From Octopus vulgaris (Eukaryota), in NCBI GenBank assembly GCA_951406725.2, contig OX597818.1:56792001-56856000 (forward strand): DNA of 64,000 nucleotides. Direction: 5' to 3'. Within the stretch, counting starts at the first letter, position 1; every line of letters begins with the position of its first letter. The translations under genes were made by a program, and so were the position numbers. A model generated the notes under the pieces. That model was given only the letters and a program-made list of their open reading frames with translations. It ran no database searches and was not told the origin of the DNA. This document shows positions 24,376 to 37,546 of the stretch, in pieces.

Positions 24376-24809
24376 GGGTATATGGCACCATCACCAATGC
24401 TTTTTACATGGGCACCATCACCAATATATTTTTGTGTGGTACCAGCACCAGTGCTTTTTATGTGGTACCTTGGTTTTAGGCTATGGATTCTGATGTGATG
24501 GGTGGGTTTTCTTGAGCACAGCAATGCACAACATATCCTTGCTCTTTGTCACTTCCTTCATAGGGCCTAGTGTTTTGAGGTTGGCCTTCAATACTTCGGC
24601 CCCATGTCTTCCTGGGTCCGCCTCTTCCACAATTTCCATCCCATTTTAAGTTCCTTATGCAATAGATCTGCTTATTTATGCTTCACCTGGAACTGAACTA
24701 TGATAGTGTAAAGAAATTGAGAATCCTTAAAATTAAGGACCTTAAAAATGGAATGTCTCATAAAAACGAACCCATTGCATAATATAGTCCTAGATAAATA
24801 AATAAATAA

Positions 24810-25060
24810 ATGTTCCTTCTTTAGCCATGCCAGGTTCATAAGGGCCGGTTTCCCGGTTTCAGTGGCGTAGAAATTCCCCACCTGGATAGGACACCAGTCC
24901 GTCACAGTATTACTCATTTTTGCCAGCTGAATAGACTGGAGCAACAGGAAAATGAAGTGTTTTGCTCAAGAACACAACGCGTTGCCCGGTCCAGGAATCG
25001 AAACCACACCCTTACGATCATGAGTTCAACACCCTAACCACTAAGCCATGCGCCTCCACT
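24810..25060 (-). mobile_element. SINE group C head (CORE-like) with tail type 5
   Basis: TGGCTTAGTGG A-box, GTTTCGATTCC B-box, tail GGACTGGTGTCCTATCCAGGTGGGGAA...GAAACCGGCCCTTATGA; second copy at 27088-27316 (+). Confidence 0.8.
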
Positions 25061-25778
25061 ATAGTGCTAGATACACTGTTCATATATTTCTTTACTACTC
25101 ACAAGGGGTTAAACACGGAGAGGACAAACAAGAACAGACAAACGGATCAAGTCGATTACATCGACCCCAGTGCGTAACTGGTACTTAATTTATCGACCCC
25201 GAAAGGATGAAAGGCAAAGTCGACCTCGGCGGAATTTGAACTCAGAACCTAATGACAGACGTAATACGGCTACGCATTTTTATTGGCGTTGGAGGTTAAT
25301 CTCTCTCTTTGTCTACCTTCCTCTCTATCTCTGTGTCTTCCTCTCTCTCTCTCTGTCATTCTGTAATTTCCTTAGCCTCTCTATTTGTTCTCCAGTTTCT
25401 CTCTGTCTTTCTCCCTCTCTCTCTCTTTTTTGTCCTTTTCTCCTTTCGGTAACACAATCCACATTTACCATGTCCCCACAGTTGACAAAACTATTTACAA
25501 GTAATTATTGTAAGAACAAACAGCAACCAGCAACCAACAGAAGTACTGCTGACCAAATTCCTATCAAAGTCCACCAAATACTTATCTGCCTGCCCTACAA
25601 TGGCTATTTATCTAAGCCTTAATACTTTATCATCTCCTATTATCATTCATTATTTCATGTTATTTGCAACCTTCCAGTGGTTACATTAAAGGCACAATTA
25701 AAGTCATCTGCTAATTTGGTTCAACATTTCCACAACAATCCTTTCCTTCGTTCATAAAAGGGAACAGAGCCACACTTC

Positions 25779-26945
25779 AGAGTCAATGACATTGGCCTTT
25801 ATGTGGTCGTTCGATATGCTAGAAATAGCAGCTAAATCTTCATATTGTATTCTGTTGTCTTGAAGAGTCACTGATGTAGCCTTTGTGTGGTCGTTTGATA
25901 TGCTAGAAATAGCAGCTAAATCTCCATCATATCACATTCTGTCATCTTGAAGAGTCAATGATGTTGTCTGTGTGTGGCCGTTTGATAGACTAGAAATAGC
26001 AGTTAAATCTTCATCATATCACATTCTGTCATCTTGAAGTGTCAATGATGTTTCCTTTATGTGGTCATTTCATAGACTAGAAATAGCAGTTAAATCTTCA
26101 TATTGCATTCTGTCATCTAAAATCCATGATGTAGCCTTTATGTGGTCGTTCGATATACTAGAAATAGCAGCTAAATTTTCTTCATATTGCATTCTGTTGT
26201 CTTGAGTCCATGATATAGCCTTTATGTGGCCATTTGATATACTAGAAATAGCAGTTAAATCTTCATCATATCACATTCTGTCATCTTGAAGAGTCAATGA
26301 TGTGGCCTTTATGTGGTTGTTTGATATACTAGAAATAGCAGCTAAATCTTCATAATGCATCCCGTCGTCTTGAGTCCATGATATAGCCTTTATGTGGTCG
26401 TTTGATATACTAGAAATAGCAGCTAAATTTTCATATTGCATTCTGTTGTCTTGAGTCCATCAAATAGCATTTATGCAGCTGTTTGATATACTAGAAATAG
26501 CAGTTAAATCTTCATCATATCACATTCTGTCACCTTGAAGAGTCAATGATGTTGCCTTTGTGTGGTCGTTTGACAGACTAGAAATAGCAGCTAAATCTTC
26601 ATATTGCATTCTGTCATCTTGAATCCATAATGTAGCCTTTATGTGGTCGTTTGATATGCTAGAAATAGAAGCTAAATCTTCATATTGCATTCTGTCGTCT
26701 TGAGTCCATCAAATAGCATTTATGTGGCCATTTGATATATTAGAAATAGCAGTTAAACCTTCTTCATATCACATTCTGTCATCTTGAGGAGTCAATGATG
26801 TTGCCTTTGTGTGGTCATTTCATAGACTAGAAATAGCAGCTAAATCTTCATATTGCATTCTGTCATCTTGAATCCATGATTTAGCCTTTATATGGCCGTT
26901 TGATATACTAGAAATAGCAGCTAAATCTTCCTCATATCATATTCA
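25779..26945. repeat. 14-unit minisatellite, 81/84/87-bp units
   Basis: AGAAATAG anchor at 25821, 25905, 25992, 26079, 26160, 26244, 26331, 26412, 26493, 26580, 26661, 26742, 26829 and 26910. Confidence 0.95.
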
Positions 26946-28204
26946 GTGTCACACTAAATCTTTTGAGAACTACATTAAGGGTATGTTAGTCTGTGGAGTA
27001 CTCAGCCACTTGCACATTAATTTCACCAGTTGGCTGTTCTGTTGATCAGATCTCCTGGAACACTTGTCATTCTGGATTCTGTTGGTGTGTGACTTAGTGG
27101 TTACAGTATCAGCACCATGATCGTAAGATTGTGGTTTCGATTCCTGGACCAGGCGACGCGTTGTGTTCTTGAGCAAAACACTTAATTTCTCGTTGCTCCA
27201 GTCCACTCAGCTGGCAAATAGGAGTAACCCTGTGATGGAATTGTGTCCTGTTCAGGTATGGAATATATATGCCATGAAACTGGGAAACTCACCCTTATGG
27301 GTCGACATGACTTGAGATGGTAACTTTGCCCTTACCTTATGCTTTGATAAGAATGGGAGTGGTTGTGACTGGAGTGCCTTTAAGTAGGGGTCTCTGTTCT
27401 AAATTATTAACCATCGTGCCAACAACAACCTTGAACAGCTTTTTGAATTCCCACATGTCTAACACATGTGGGCATTCTATTCTTTTGTTCTTTTACTTGT
27501 TTCAGTCATTTGATTGTGGCCATGCTGGAGCAGCGCCTTTACTCGAACAAATCGACCCTGGGACTTATTCTTTGTAAGCCTAGTACTTATTCTATCAGTC
27601 TCTTTTGCTGAGCCACTAAGTTACAGGGTTGTAAACACACCAACATTGGTTGTCAAACGATAGTGGGGGGACAAACACATACACACACACACGATGGGCT
27701 TCTTTCAGTTTCCGCCTACCAAATCCACTCAAAAGGCTTTGGTCAGCCTGAGGCTATAGTAGAAGACACTTGCTCAAGGTGTCACGCAGTGGGACTGAAC
27801 CCAGAACCATGTGGTTGGGAAGCAAACTTTGTACCACACAGCCACTCCTGTGCCTACAATGTCAGAAAACAGCACAGCTCCCATGACTTTCTGAAACATT
27901 TTTTTTGCACTCAGAGTTGCTGAAGCATGGAACAACCTACCTGCATCAGTTGTTAGCTGCCCTTTTGGGTTGACACGACTTGAGAAGGTAACTTTGCCTT
28001 TACCTTATGCTTTGATAAGAATGGGAGTGGTTGTGAGTGGAGTGCCTTTAAGTTCTAAATTATTAACCATCATGCCAACAACAACCTTGAGCAGCTTTGA
28101 AAACCTCCATGCTTTCCGAAATTCACCAACACCACACCTGAGATCCCCACCTCCATACACATGTATATCATGATCCATACACTGTTCACTTTCCTGGCTT
28201 TTGT

Positions 28205-28606
28205 ACATAATTCTATGCACTGTACCTGCACCTTCAATAAACTGCAGTGCACCTGAATACTGTGCACAATAATTTCATTTTTACATGAGCTGACCTGGGT
28301 TTAAACAATAACAACCGACACATCCAAGAGATAAGATGCAACTGCTGAAAGCTTGTTTCTATCATTGACTATTCAAGTGTTTTATATGCAGTCCCTTCTC
28401 CGTCTTTAAGTGTCTTCTCAGTTTTTGAGTATTCTCTCTATCTTGTGTCTGTTCTCTAACTTGAGTGCCTTTTCTATCTTGAGAGTTTTATCTTTCTCAA
28501 GTGTCCTCCCCCACTTATTCTATCAGTTTCTTTTGCTGAGCTGCTAAGTTACAGGGATGTAAACACACCAACATCAGTTGCCAAACGATGGTGAGGGACA
28601 AACACA

Positions 28607-28643
<37 letters not shown>

Positions 28644-29152
28644 ACACACACACACACACGATGGGCTTCTTTCAGTTTCTTATTTCTTTATTGCCCAAAA
28701 AGGGCTAAACATAGAGGGGACAAACAAGGACAGACAAAGGAATATTAGTTGATCACATCGACCCCAGTGTGTAACTGGTACTTAATTTATCGACCCCCAA
28801 AAGGAAGTAAGGCAAAGTTGACCTTGGCAGAATTTGAACTCAAAACGTAATGGCAGATGAAATACATAATTCTATGCACCGTACCTGCACCTTCAATAAA
28901 CTGCAGTGCACCTGAGTACTATACACAATAATTTCATATTTACATGAGCTGACCTGGGTTTAAACAATAACAACCAACACATCCAAGAGATAAGATGCAA
29001 CTGCTTAAAGCTTGTTTCTATCATTGACTATTCTCCGTCTTTAAGTGTCTTCTCTGGTTTTTGAGTATTCTCTCTATCTTGTGTCTGTCCTCTAACTTGA
29101 GTGCCTTTTCTATCTTGAGAGTTTTTATCTTTCTCAAGTGTTCCCCCCCACT
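28205..29152 (+). repeat. about 300-bp direct duplication flanking SINE fragments
   Basis: ACATAATTCTATGCAC...TCTCAAGTGT..CCCCCACT at 28205-28515 and 28864-29152; group A and D fragments lie between. Confidence 0.9.
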
Positions 29153-30270
29153 CACTCTTTCTGGAGTGTTTTCTCTGATATCTTAAAAACTGTAAAGTTA
29201 GAATGTTAACATTTTTCTTTTTATTATTATTATCTCAGATTACGAAGCAGAAAAAGTAATGTTACTTTTGAAATGTTGCACTGTTATCAAGTTATTCAAA
29301 TGGTAGGTCCTTGACCCAGCTGTGTTCGACATGTCATAAAACAACGACGACGACGACGACGGGTTAGTTTGGAGTCAAACTGTAAATGAAAACAATTACA
29401 CAATGTCGAGTAATAAAAACACATTCAGACAAACAGGTACATAACGATACATAACAATGCAATCTCTTTGTGCTGATGGTTACCCACTGAAAAATCTATT
29501 CAAAGAAAGATCACATACACAAGGTGTGGCTGTGTGGTTAAGGAGCTTGTTTAGAAACTTCATGGTTTGGGGTTCAGTCCCACTGCATAGCAGCTTGAGC
29601 AAGTGTCATCTGCTATAGCTCCACGGGCCGAACTATGCTCTGTGAGTGAATTTGGTAGATGGAAACTGTGTGGAAGTTCATCATATATATATAGATTAGT
29701 ATAATTTCACACACACACACACATACATACATACATACATACATATATGTATATAATATGTATGTATGTATATGTGTGTTTATCATCATCATCATCGTTT
29801 AACGTCTGCTTTCCATGCTAGATGCTAGCATGGGTTGGACGGTGCAACTGGGGTCTGGGAAGCCCGAAGGCTGCACCAGGCCAGTTAGATCTGGCAGTGT
29901 TTCTACAGCTGTATGCCCTTCCTAACGCCAACCACTCCGTGAGTGTAGTGGGTGCTTTTTATGTGCCACCGACACAGGTGCCAGACGAGGCTGGCGAACG
30001 ACCACGCTCGGATGGTGTTTTTTACGTGCCACCGGCATGGAGGCCAGGCAAGGCTGGCACGGCCACGATCGGATGGTGTTTGTTACGTGCCACCGGCACT
30101 GGTACCACAAAACTACAAATTGCATTGATGTTCATCGATTTTGATTTGATTTGATTTTATATATGTATATATATATATATATATATATCAACTTGTGTGT
30201 TCCTTTTCAACCTTCTACACACACACACACACATACATATATAAATACGTATATAAATATAAATATATAT

Positions 30271-30470
30271 TACGGAGATGTACTTGCATAGCAAGTGACC
30301 TGATCTGAGATTGTGCGCTAGAACAGGAACGAAGACAATTGCAGTGTGGAAGGTGTTTATAATCCATTTAAGAAACACACAAAATCCGTTAGATTCACTT
30401 CAACATTTAAATTTAATTTGCCAAAATATTTTCGTCGCTTTGAGACCGTGACTGTGACAAAACTCCATAA
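30271..30470 (-). mobile_element. Penelope-like terminal fragment with a decayed hammerhead scaffold
   Basis: Minus strand TTTGTCA-CA-GTCAC-loop-GCGAC-GAAA-ATAT-TT-TGGCAAA; abuts TA-rich repeats; related sequence at about 57968-58075. Confidence 0.5.
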
Positions 30471-31353
30471 TGCATCTGAGAAAGTATACGTGATCATGTG
30501 ATGTGCAAGAAATAGCAACTAAATCTGCCTCAGATCAAACTGCTACAAGAATTGGAAGGATATATTGATTAATAGGCGCAGGAGTGGCTGTGTGGTAAGT
30601 AGCTTGCTAACCAACCACATGGTTCCGGGTTCAGTCCCACTGCGTGGCATCTTGGGCAAGTGTCTTCTGCTATAGCCCTGGGCCGACCAATGCCTTGTGA
30701 GTGGATTTGGTAGACAGAAACTGAAAGAAGCCTGTCGTATAAATGTATATATATATGTATGTGTATGTATATGTTTGTGTGTCTGTGTTTGTCCCTCTAG
30801 CATTGCTTGACAACTGATGCTGGTGTGTTTACGTCCCCGTCACTTAGCGGTTCGGCAAAAGAGACCGATAGAATAAGTACTGGGCTTACAAAGAATAAGT
30901 CCCGGGGTCGATTTGCTCGACTAAAAGGCGGTGCTCCAGCATGGCCGCAGTGAAATGACTGAAACAAGTAAAAGAGTAAAAGAGAGTAAGAGTAATGTAA
31001 GTTCTTCAGAATTTCTCAAAACAAAAGTGAATGGTCAATCAATGAAATCCTTTGATCATAGGTCTGCTTCATCTGAGGTGACCTGGGGCTAAAACAGCAA
31101 AAACGGTTTGAAGAATCATTGCAATTCATTTGAAGTTAATATAGATTTAAGTAATCTTTCTATAAACACACGGAGAATCTTCTGACAGTTTTCCTGGTTT
31201 TTGCTAAATAATCAATATTACAGGGTTGACACATCAGTGAACCTTAGTATGAGTGACTCATCACCTATAACCTCAATACTGTGTGTATATATGAGTGTGT
31301 GTGTGTTTTATATATACATGCATACCTGCGTATATAATATAATATTATATATA

Positions 31354-31738
31354 TGGAAGCACTCCGTCGGTTACGACGACGAGGGTTCCGGTTGATCCGA
31401 ATCAACGGAACAGCCTGCTCGTGAAATTAACGTGTAAGTGGCTGAGCACTCCACAGACGCGTGTACCCTTAACGTAGTTCTCGGGGATATTCAGCGTGAC
31501 ACAGAGAGTGACAAGGCCGGCCCTTTGAAATACAGGTACAACAGAAACAGGAAGTAAGAGTGAGAGAAAGTTGTGATGAAAGAGTACAGCAGGGATCACC
31601 ACCATCCCCTGCCGGAGCCTCGTGGAGCTTTAGGTGTTTTCGCTCAATAAACACTCACAACGCCCGGTCTGGGAATCGAAACCGCGATCCTATGACCGCG
31701 AGTCCGCTGCCCTAACCACTGGGCCATTGCGCCTCCAC
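31354..31738 (-). mobile_element. SINE group B head with tail type 2 (CpG-rich, probably young)
   Basis: Complete head and tail between TA repeats. Confidence 0.88.
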
Positions 31739-31756
31739 ATATATATATATATAGAT

Positions 31757-32155
31757 TCAAATGAATATGGTACTTAAGTTAGATGCACCAGAATTTTGTA
31801 TGGTGTTATCCATATAAATCCATGGGGTGATTATAATCAAAATAAGCAACAAGAATAACTTCGGTAATTTGGTACGATCATCATCATCATCATCATCGTT
31901 TAGCATCCGCTTTCCATGCTGGCATGGGTTGGACAGTTCAACTGGGGTCTGGGAAGCCAGAAGGTTGCACCAGGCCCAGTCTGATCTGGCAATGTTTCTA
32001 TGGCTGGATGCCCTTCTTAACGCCAACCACTCCATGAGTGTAGTGGCACACATTTTATTAAATGTTGTAAGTATTACAACATTTAATAAAATGATGTAGT
32101 GTGAAACGATCGTACCAAATTACCGAAGTTATTCTTGTTGCTTGTTTTGATTATA
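31757..32155. mobile_element. palindromic TA-embedded element interrupted by an RTE 3' UTR piece
   Basis: 31833-31879 is the reverse complement of 32108-32154; inner hairpin CATTTTATTAAATGTTGTAA-GTA-TTACAACATTTAATAAAATG at 32050-32092; RTE 3' end occupies 31880-32047. Confidence 0.7.
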
Positions 32156-32841
32156 TATATATATATATATCAGTGGTGAGCTGGCAGAAAGGTTAACATG
32201 TTGGGTGAGATGCTTAGCAGTATTTCATCTGTCTTATGTTCTGAGTTCAAATTCCGTCAAGGTTGACTTTGCCTTTCATCCTTTCGGGATCGATAAATTA
32301 AGTACCAGTTGCGTACTGGGGTCAATCTCATTGACTGGCCCCCTCCCCCAAAATTTCGAGCCCTGTGCCTAGAGTAGAAAAGATTATGCTGGTATGGGTT
32401 GAGTTGTTCGACAGGAACTGACAACCAAAACACCGCACCAAGCCCTACTGTCTGTTTTAGCATGGTCCCTATAATTGGATGCCCTTTACAACCATTTTAC
32501 ATGGGCCCCAGCTGCAATGATTACTCCAGCTAGCTTGCAAGACAGGACCCTTCACCTGAGTGGGAAGTTGTATTTGGGGAAGGTGGGCTTGTGCTGGGAG
32601 ATGGGAGGTCAGTGTGTGGATAAAGGGACAGAAATAGGTGTCTTGCTGTCGGGGAAATGCATGGCTGCCTAACTGGAGTGTGATTTGGCTGGTGTCTCTA
32701 GCAGGTCGAGTAATCACAGAGACTGCGTTGTTGGTTCTAACATTGTTGCTGTTGTTGTTGTTGCTTAGCCATAGTTCAACCCTAATTAAGCAGAGCTAAG
32801 ATTAGAGGAATATCAGCAATGCCACAATGTAGCCTGGGCTA

Positions 32842-33308
32842 TACCACCACCAGCCTCCACCACCACCACCACCACCACCACCACCACCACTACCACCACT
32901 GCCATCACTGCCACCGCCACCACCACCACCACTGCCATCACTGCCACCACCACACCACCACTGCCATCACTGCCACCACCACCACCATCACCACTACCAC
33001 CGCCGCCACCACTACCACCACCACTACCGCCACCACCACTACCGCCACCACTACCACCACCACCACCACCACCACCACTACCACCACTGCCATCACTGCC
33101 ACCGCCACCACCACTGCCATTACTGCCACCACCACCACCACCACCACCACCACTACCACCACCACCACCACCACCACCACCACCACCACCACCACCACCA
33201 CTACTGCCATCACTGCCATCACTGCCACCGCCACCATCTTTCTTCTTCTCCTCCACCACCACCTTCTTCCTCCACCACCTCTACCACCCTCCTCCACCAC
33301 CACCACCG
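32842..33308. repeat. (CAC)n-rich microsatellite
   Basis: Directly visible; a similar tract at about 55140-55997 includes 30-bp units. Confidence 0.95.
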
Positions 33309-33984
33309 CTGTCCCCCCCTTTAACACCCCTTTTTCTATGCTGGCATCAGTTGGATAGTTTGACAGGTACCAACGAACCGAACCAGAACCAGACGATGCT
33401 GTCAAGCTCCAATGTCTGCTTCGTTATTATGGGTATATTTTTACAACTGGATGTTTTCCCTTAATGCCAACCACTTTCCAAATTGAGGAAGATTCGACTG
33501 CTATTTCTAGCACGTTGAGTGACTGCCTAGACGTCTCTTCACGTTCTTTAATGGTAAAATTACAGGTAAGGCAGCATCTGTGTCGCAGACGTCTGCTTGT
33601 GTTTAACGTCTGTAATGTTTATCCCATAATAAAAAAAACAAAAACAACAACAACAGCACTGATTCCTATTAGCGTTACACCATCTTTATCTTTCTTCTCC
33701 TCCTGTTGCCTAATGTTCTGTAATTTCCTGGCACCAATATTACCATTATCATCCAAGATCAATATTATGAAACAAAATATGCAAATCCTGTATTGATTCC
33801 AATTACAATAACGCTCTACCGTTTCCATTACCAGATACTTCTCTCTCTCTAACGTCTCACCGTCAACGTATGCATTATTCCCATCATCTGTGTCTGTTGC
33901 CACAAATTTTTTTGCATAAACCACAATTTTCTACTCCCCGTCCACAGCCCTTGTCCTTCCTTCATTTCTGCCACATAGCATACC

Positions 33985-34400
33985 TATTTCTTTACTACCC
34001 ACAAGGGGCTAAACACAGAGAGGACAAACAAGGACAGACAAAGGGATTAAGTTGATTACATTGGCCCCAGTGTGTAACTGGTACTTAATTTATCGACTCC
34101 GAAAGGATGAAAGGCAAAGTTGACCTTGGCGGAATTTGAAATCAGAATGTAACAGTAGATGAAATACCTATTTCTTTACTACCCACAAGGAGCTAAACAC
34201 AGAGAGGACAAACAAGGACAGACAAACGGATTAAGTCGATTACATCGACCCCAGTGCGTAACTGGTACTTAATTTATCGACTCCGAAAGGATGAAAGGCA
34301 AAGTCGACCTTGGTGGAATTTGAACTCAGAACGTAACGGTAGATGAAATACTGCTAAGCATTTCGCCCGGTGTGCTAGCGATTCTGCCAGCTCGTCGCCT
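33985..34400 (-). mobile_element. group D SINE with tandem headless repeat unit
   Basis: Full head at 34400 followed by two units joined at AAAGAAATAG|GTATTTC. Confidence 0.85.
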
Positions 34401-36230
34401 TTAATGGGGTGGTATGCTATGTCTACCTTATAGTATACCCCCCACCTAAAGTGTTTCCCGCTGTCTTAGAATGCAATGAAGAGAAAAGTTTTTCTAGATT
34501 CTGTGTGTATGTGAATGCACACATGTGTATCATCATCATCATCTGCTAGCATGGGTTGGATGATTTCACCGAGGACTGGCGAACCAGATGGCTGCACCAG
34601 ACTCCAATCTGATTTGGCAGAGTTTCTACAGCTGGATGCCCTTCCTTACGCCAACCACTCTGAGAGTGTAGTGGGTGCTTTTACATGCCACCAGCATGAA
34701 CGCCAGTCAGGCGGTACTGGCAACGACCATGCTCAAATGGTGTTTTTTATGTGCCACCTGCACAGGAGCCAGTCCAGCAGCACTGGCAATGACCTCGCTC
34801 GAATGCTTTTTCACGTGCCACCGGCACATGTGCCATTAAGGTGACCCTGGTAACAATCATGCTCAAATGGTGCTTTTTATGTGCCACGGGCACAGGTGCC
34901 AGTTACCTGCTCTGGCAATGATCACGCTCAGATGGTGCTTTTAGCACTCTACTAGCACGGATACCAGTCATCAAATTAGTGTCCAATGAAGGAAAGGTAC
35001 GCATAAGTGGGCTGGTTACTCTCCTGGCATAGACCACGAGGTTATGTATGTATCTATGTATGTATATATCAACAACATCACTAAATGTCTTTCCTTTCAT
35101 GTGGGCATGAACTGGATAGCTTGACAGGAACTGATGAGCTAGAGGACTGTGCCAAGCCCTAAGGTTTGCTTTGGTATGGTTTCTACTGTTGGATACCCTT
35201 CCCAATGCCAACCACTTTACAGATTGTACTGGGGGCTTTTGTTGTGGTGCCCAAAATACTTGCAAGACAAACCCCTCAACTGAGCAGGGATATAATATTG
35301 AAGACTGTGAAAATATGGTACAGGCGACAGAAACAGGTGTTTTTCTGAAAAGGGGAATTCATGGCTTCTCCTGCTGGAAAATGAGATAGAGATGGTGCGA
35401 TGTACCCTCAAGGTACAAGATATAGATGTATGCCTGTGTGTGTGTCTGTGCGCGCACGCATGTGCGTGTGTGTGTGTGCATGCATAAATGTGTGTGTCCC
35501 CCATCTCTGGTTTTGTGTGACCCAGGGCAGCCCTGATTGAGTAGACCTATGATCAAAAGCATTCAAGATGTCACTAATCCATTTTTTTCCTTAAGTCCAT
35601 TGAATCCCAAAATAAGAGACTCCAGTGTGTCCTTTTTAAGAGGGTAGGAATAAAAGTTGAGGGAGATTTGGCTGCTTTTTCTAGCTGGTTAAGTAACCAC
35701 ATAGAGGCTCCTACATTGGCTCAACCATATTCGTGTTTGTATACACTGGTGTAGATTGTTTAAAGTACCACGAGGAGTTTAACTCCCTAAGAAAAAGTAA
35801 CACCCTAAAGAGGGATGTACCTCACAGTGGACTTAGCCTACTATTGAATTGAGCGTTGAGTGAAGCATTGGGATTGATACGAATGATTAAGACTATAAGA
35901 GAGTACTCCAGCATGGCCACAGTCCTATGATTGAAACTAGTAAAAGAATAAAGATATATGTGTGTGTGTCTTTAGTCATTATACTGTTTGTGATTGAAAG
36001 GTAGGCATAGGGGCAGGCGTGGCTGTGTGGGAAGAAGCTAGATTCCCAGCCACATGGTTCCAGGTTCCGTCCCACTCCGTGGCAAGAAGCTGTCTTCTCA
36101 ACCACATGGTTTCAGGTTCAGTCCCACTGCGTGGCACCTTGAGCAAGTGTCTTCTGCTATAGCCTCGGTCTGGTCAAAGCCTTGTGAGTGGATTTGGTAG
36201 ACGGAAACTGAAAGAAGCCTGTTGTATATT

Positions 36231-36268
<38 letters not shown>

Positions 36269-36311
36269 TGTGTGTGTGTGTTTTACTGTTTTGTCTCGAC
36301 ATTATGTTATA

Positions 36312-36705
36312 CTAGCAGTATTGCCTGGCGTTGCTCGGGTTTGTTTCGACCCTTTAGAATTGGAATTTTTGAAAAGTAAAAATTTTGCATTATGTAGCTT
36401 GTTATTCTCTTTTAGTGAACATTTTTCTGGTTGAAATACACCGAAAAATGGTGACACAGCAGTAAAAATAAAACGTAAAAAATAGGGATTTTTATAGAAA
36501 AAAAGCACCTTTTTGATGCAAATAATTTTTGGTGTCAACATGGTCCGATTTGAATTTTTTCTTCTACAGAAGGAAGAGCAAACCTTCTTCTATCATACTC
36601 TCAATTTTGGTCAACTTGCGCTGCAGGGTTTCGGAGGAGATAGTGCTAGTTGAAGGCTACCAAACCTGCCAAACACAGACAACTTCAGCTTTATATAGAG
36701 AGAGA
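36312..36705 (-). mobile_element. non-autonomous Helitron (about 394 bp)
   Basis: Minus strand begins 5'-TC and ends CTAG-3', with subterminal hairpin CCCGAGCAACGCCAGG; inserted between A and T with no TSD, inside a group A SINE variant. Confidence 0.85.
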
Positions 36706-37546
36706 TTTGTAAACGAGTGACACTGTCATGCACGCAGTGTTGTTGATTTCCAATCTTCTATGAAAGCATGTCTCTGCCCATGAGGGTCAGTGGTGATAGT
36801 ATATTCCCTTACTCGCAAACTGGTGAGTGTTGATGACAGTAAAGGCATCCAGCTGTATAAAAAAAAAACCTCACCCCAACAAATTCTGTCCAACCCATGG
36901 AAACACGGTGAATAGACAATGATGACGATGACTCGTAGCGTCTCCTTTAGTAAAGAACTGTGATTGCAAGAGTAATACAAAAGACATCTGATAGAATACT
37001 GTGTATGTAGTACAATTCTGTGGAAAGAAAGCTGTTCTCTCAATTTTTCTGACAATAGATAAAGAATACATTAGTGAGCTGTCGAACTATTGATTAAACA
37101 GTAATTGAAGATAAACTTGATTTGTCTGCAAATGTCATTGCCATCCTGTCAGCCATGATTCTAGCAGTGCTTCAATATTTAATTAAACTGTTGACATTTC
37201 GTTATAATGTTATTGGTTCATTAAAAATGTTATTGAAAGTATTTCTGGAGATGGTTAGCGCCAACAATGGGCTGGAAAGAATAAAAAGAAGAAACCAAAA
37301 AACATGAAAAATACCCCCCCAAAAAACAAAACAAATGCCCAACGAATTCTAGCAAAACATAAGAAAATTCTTGATTTATTGTTTCTCAGACAAAAGTTGT
37401 GAGATGATGAGTAGAAGTAAAATAGATTGTAACATTGGTATTTTGTACTTTTCCTCTGGTTTCTGTATTCAGATCTTACCAAGACTAACTAAAAAATCTT
37501 GTCTGATGAGCTATTGCCGCAGTGTATATATATATATATATATATC

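Noticed and set aside
25779-26945. Selenoprotein-like ORF with periodic in-frame TGA
   Set aside because: The unit derives from a dispersed non-coding repeat, no SECIS was recognised, and one stop per unit is expected by chance.
33619-33924. 101-aa non-repetitive ORF on the minus strand
   Set aside because: No recognisable domain or clear splice signals; this length is compatible with chance.
37495-37525. CTGATGAG possible hammerhead start
   Set aside because: Truncated by a TA tract before any GAAA; cannot be folded into a full motif.
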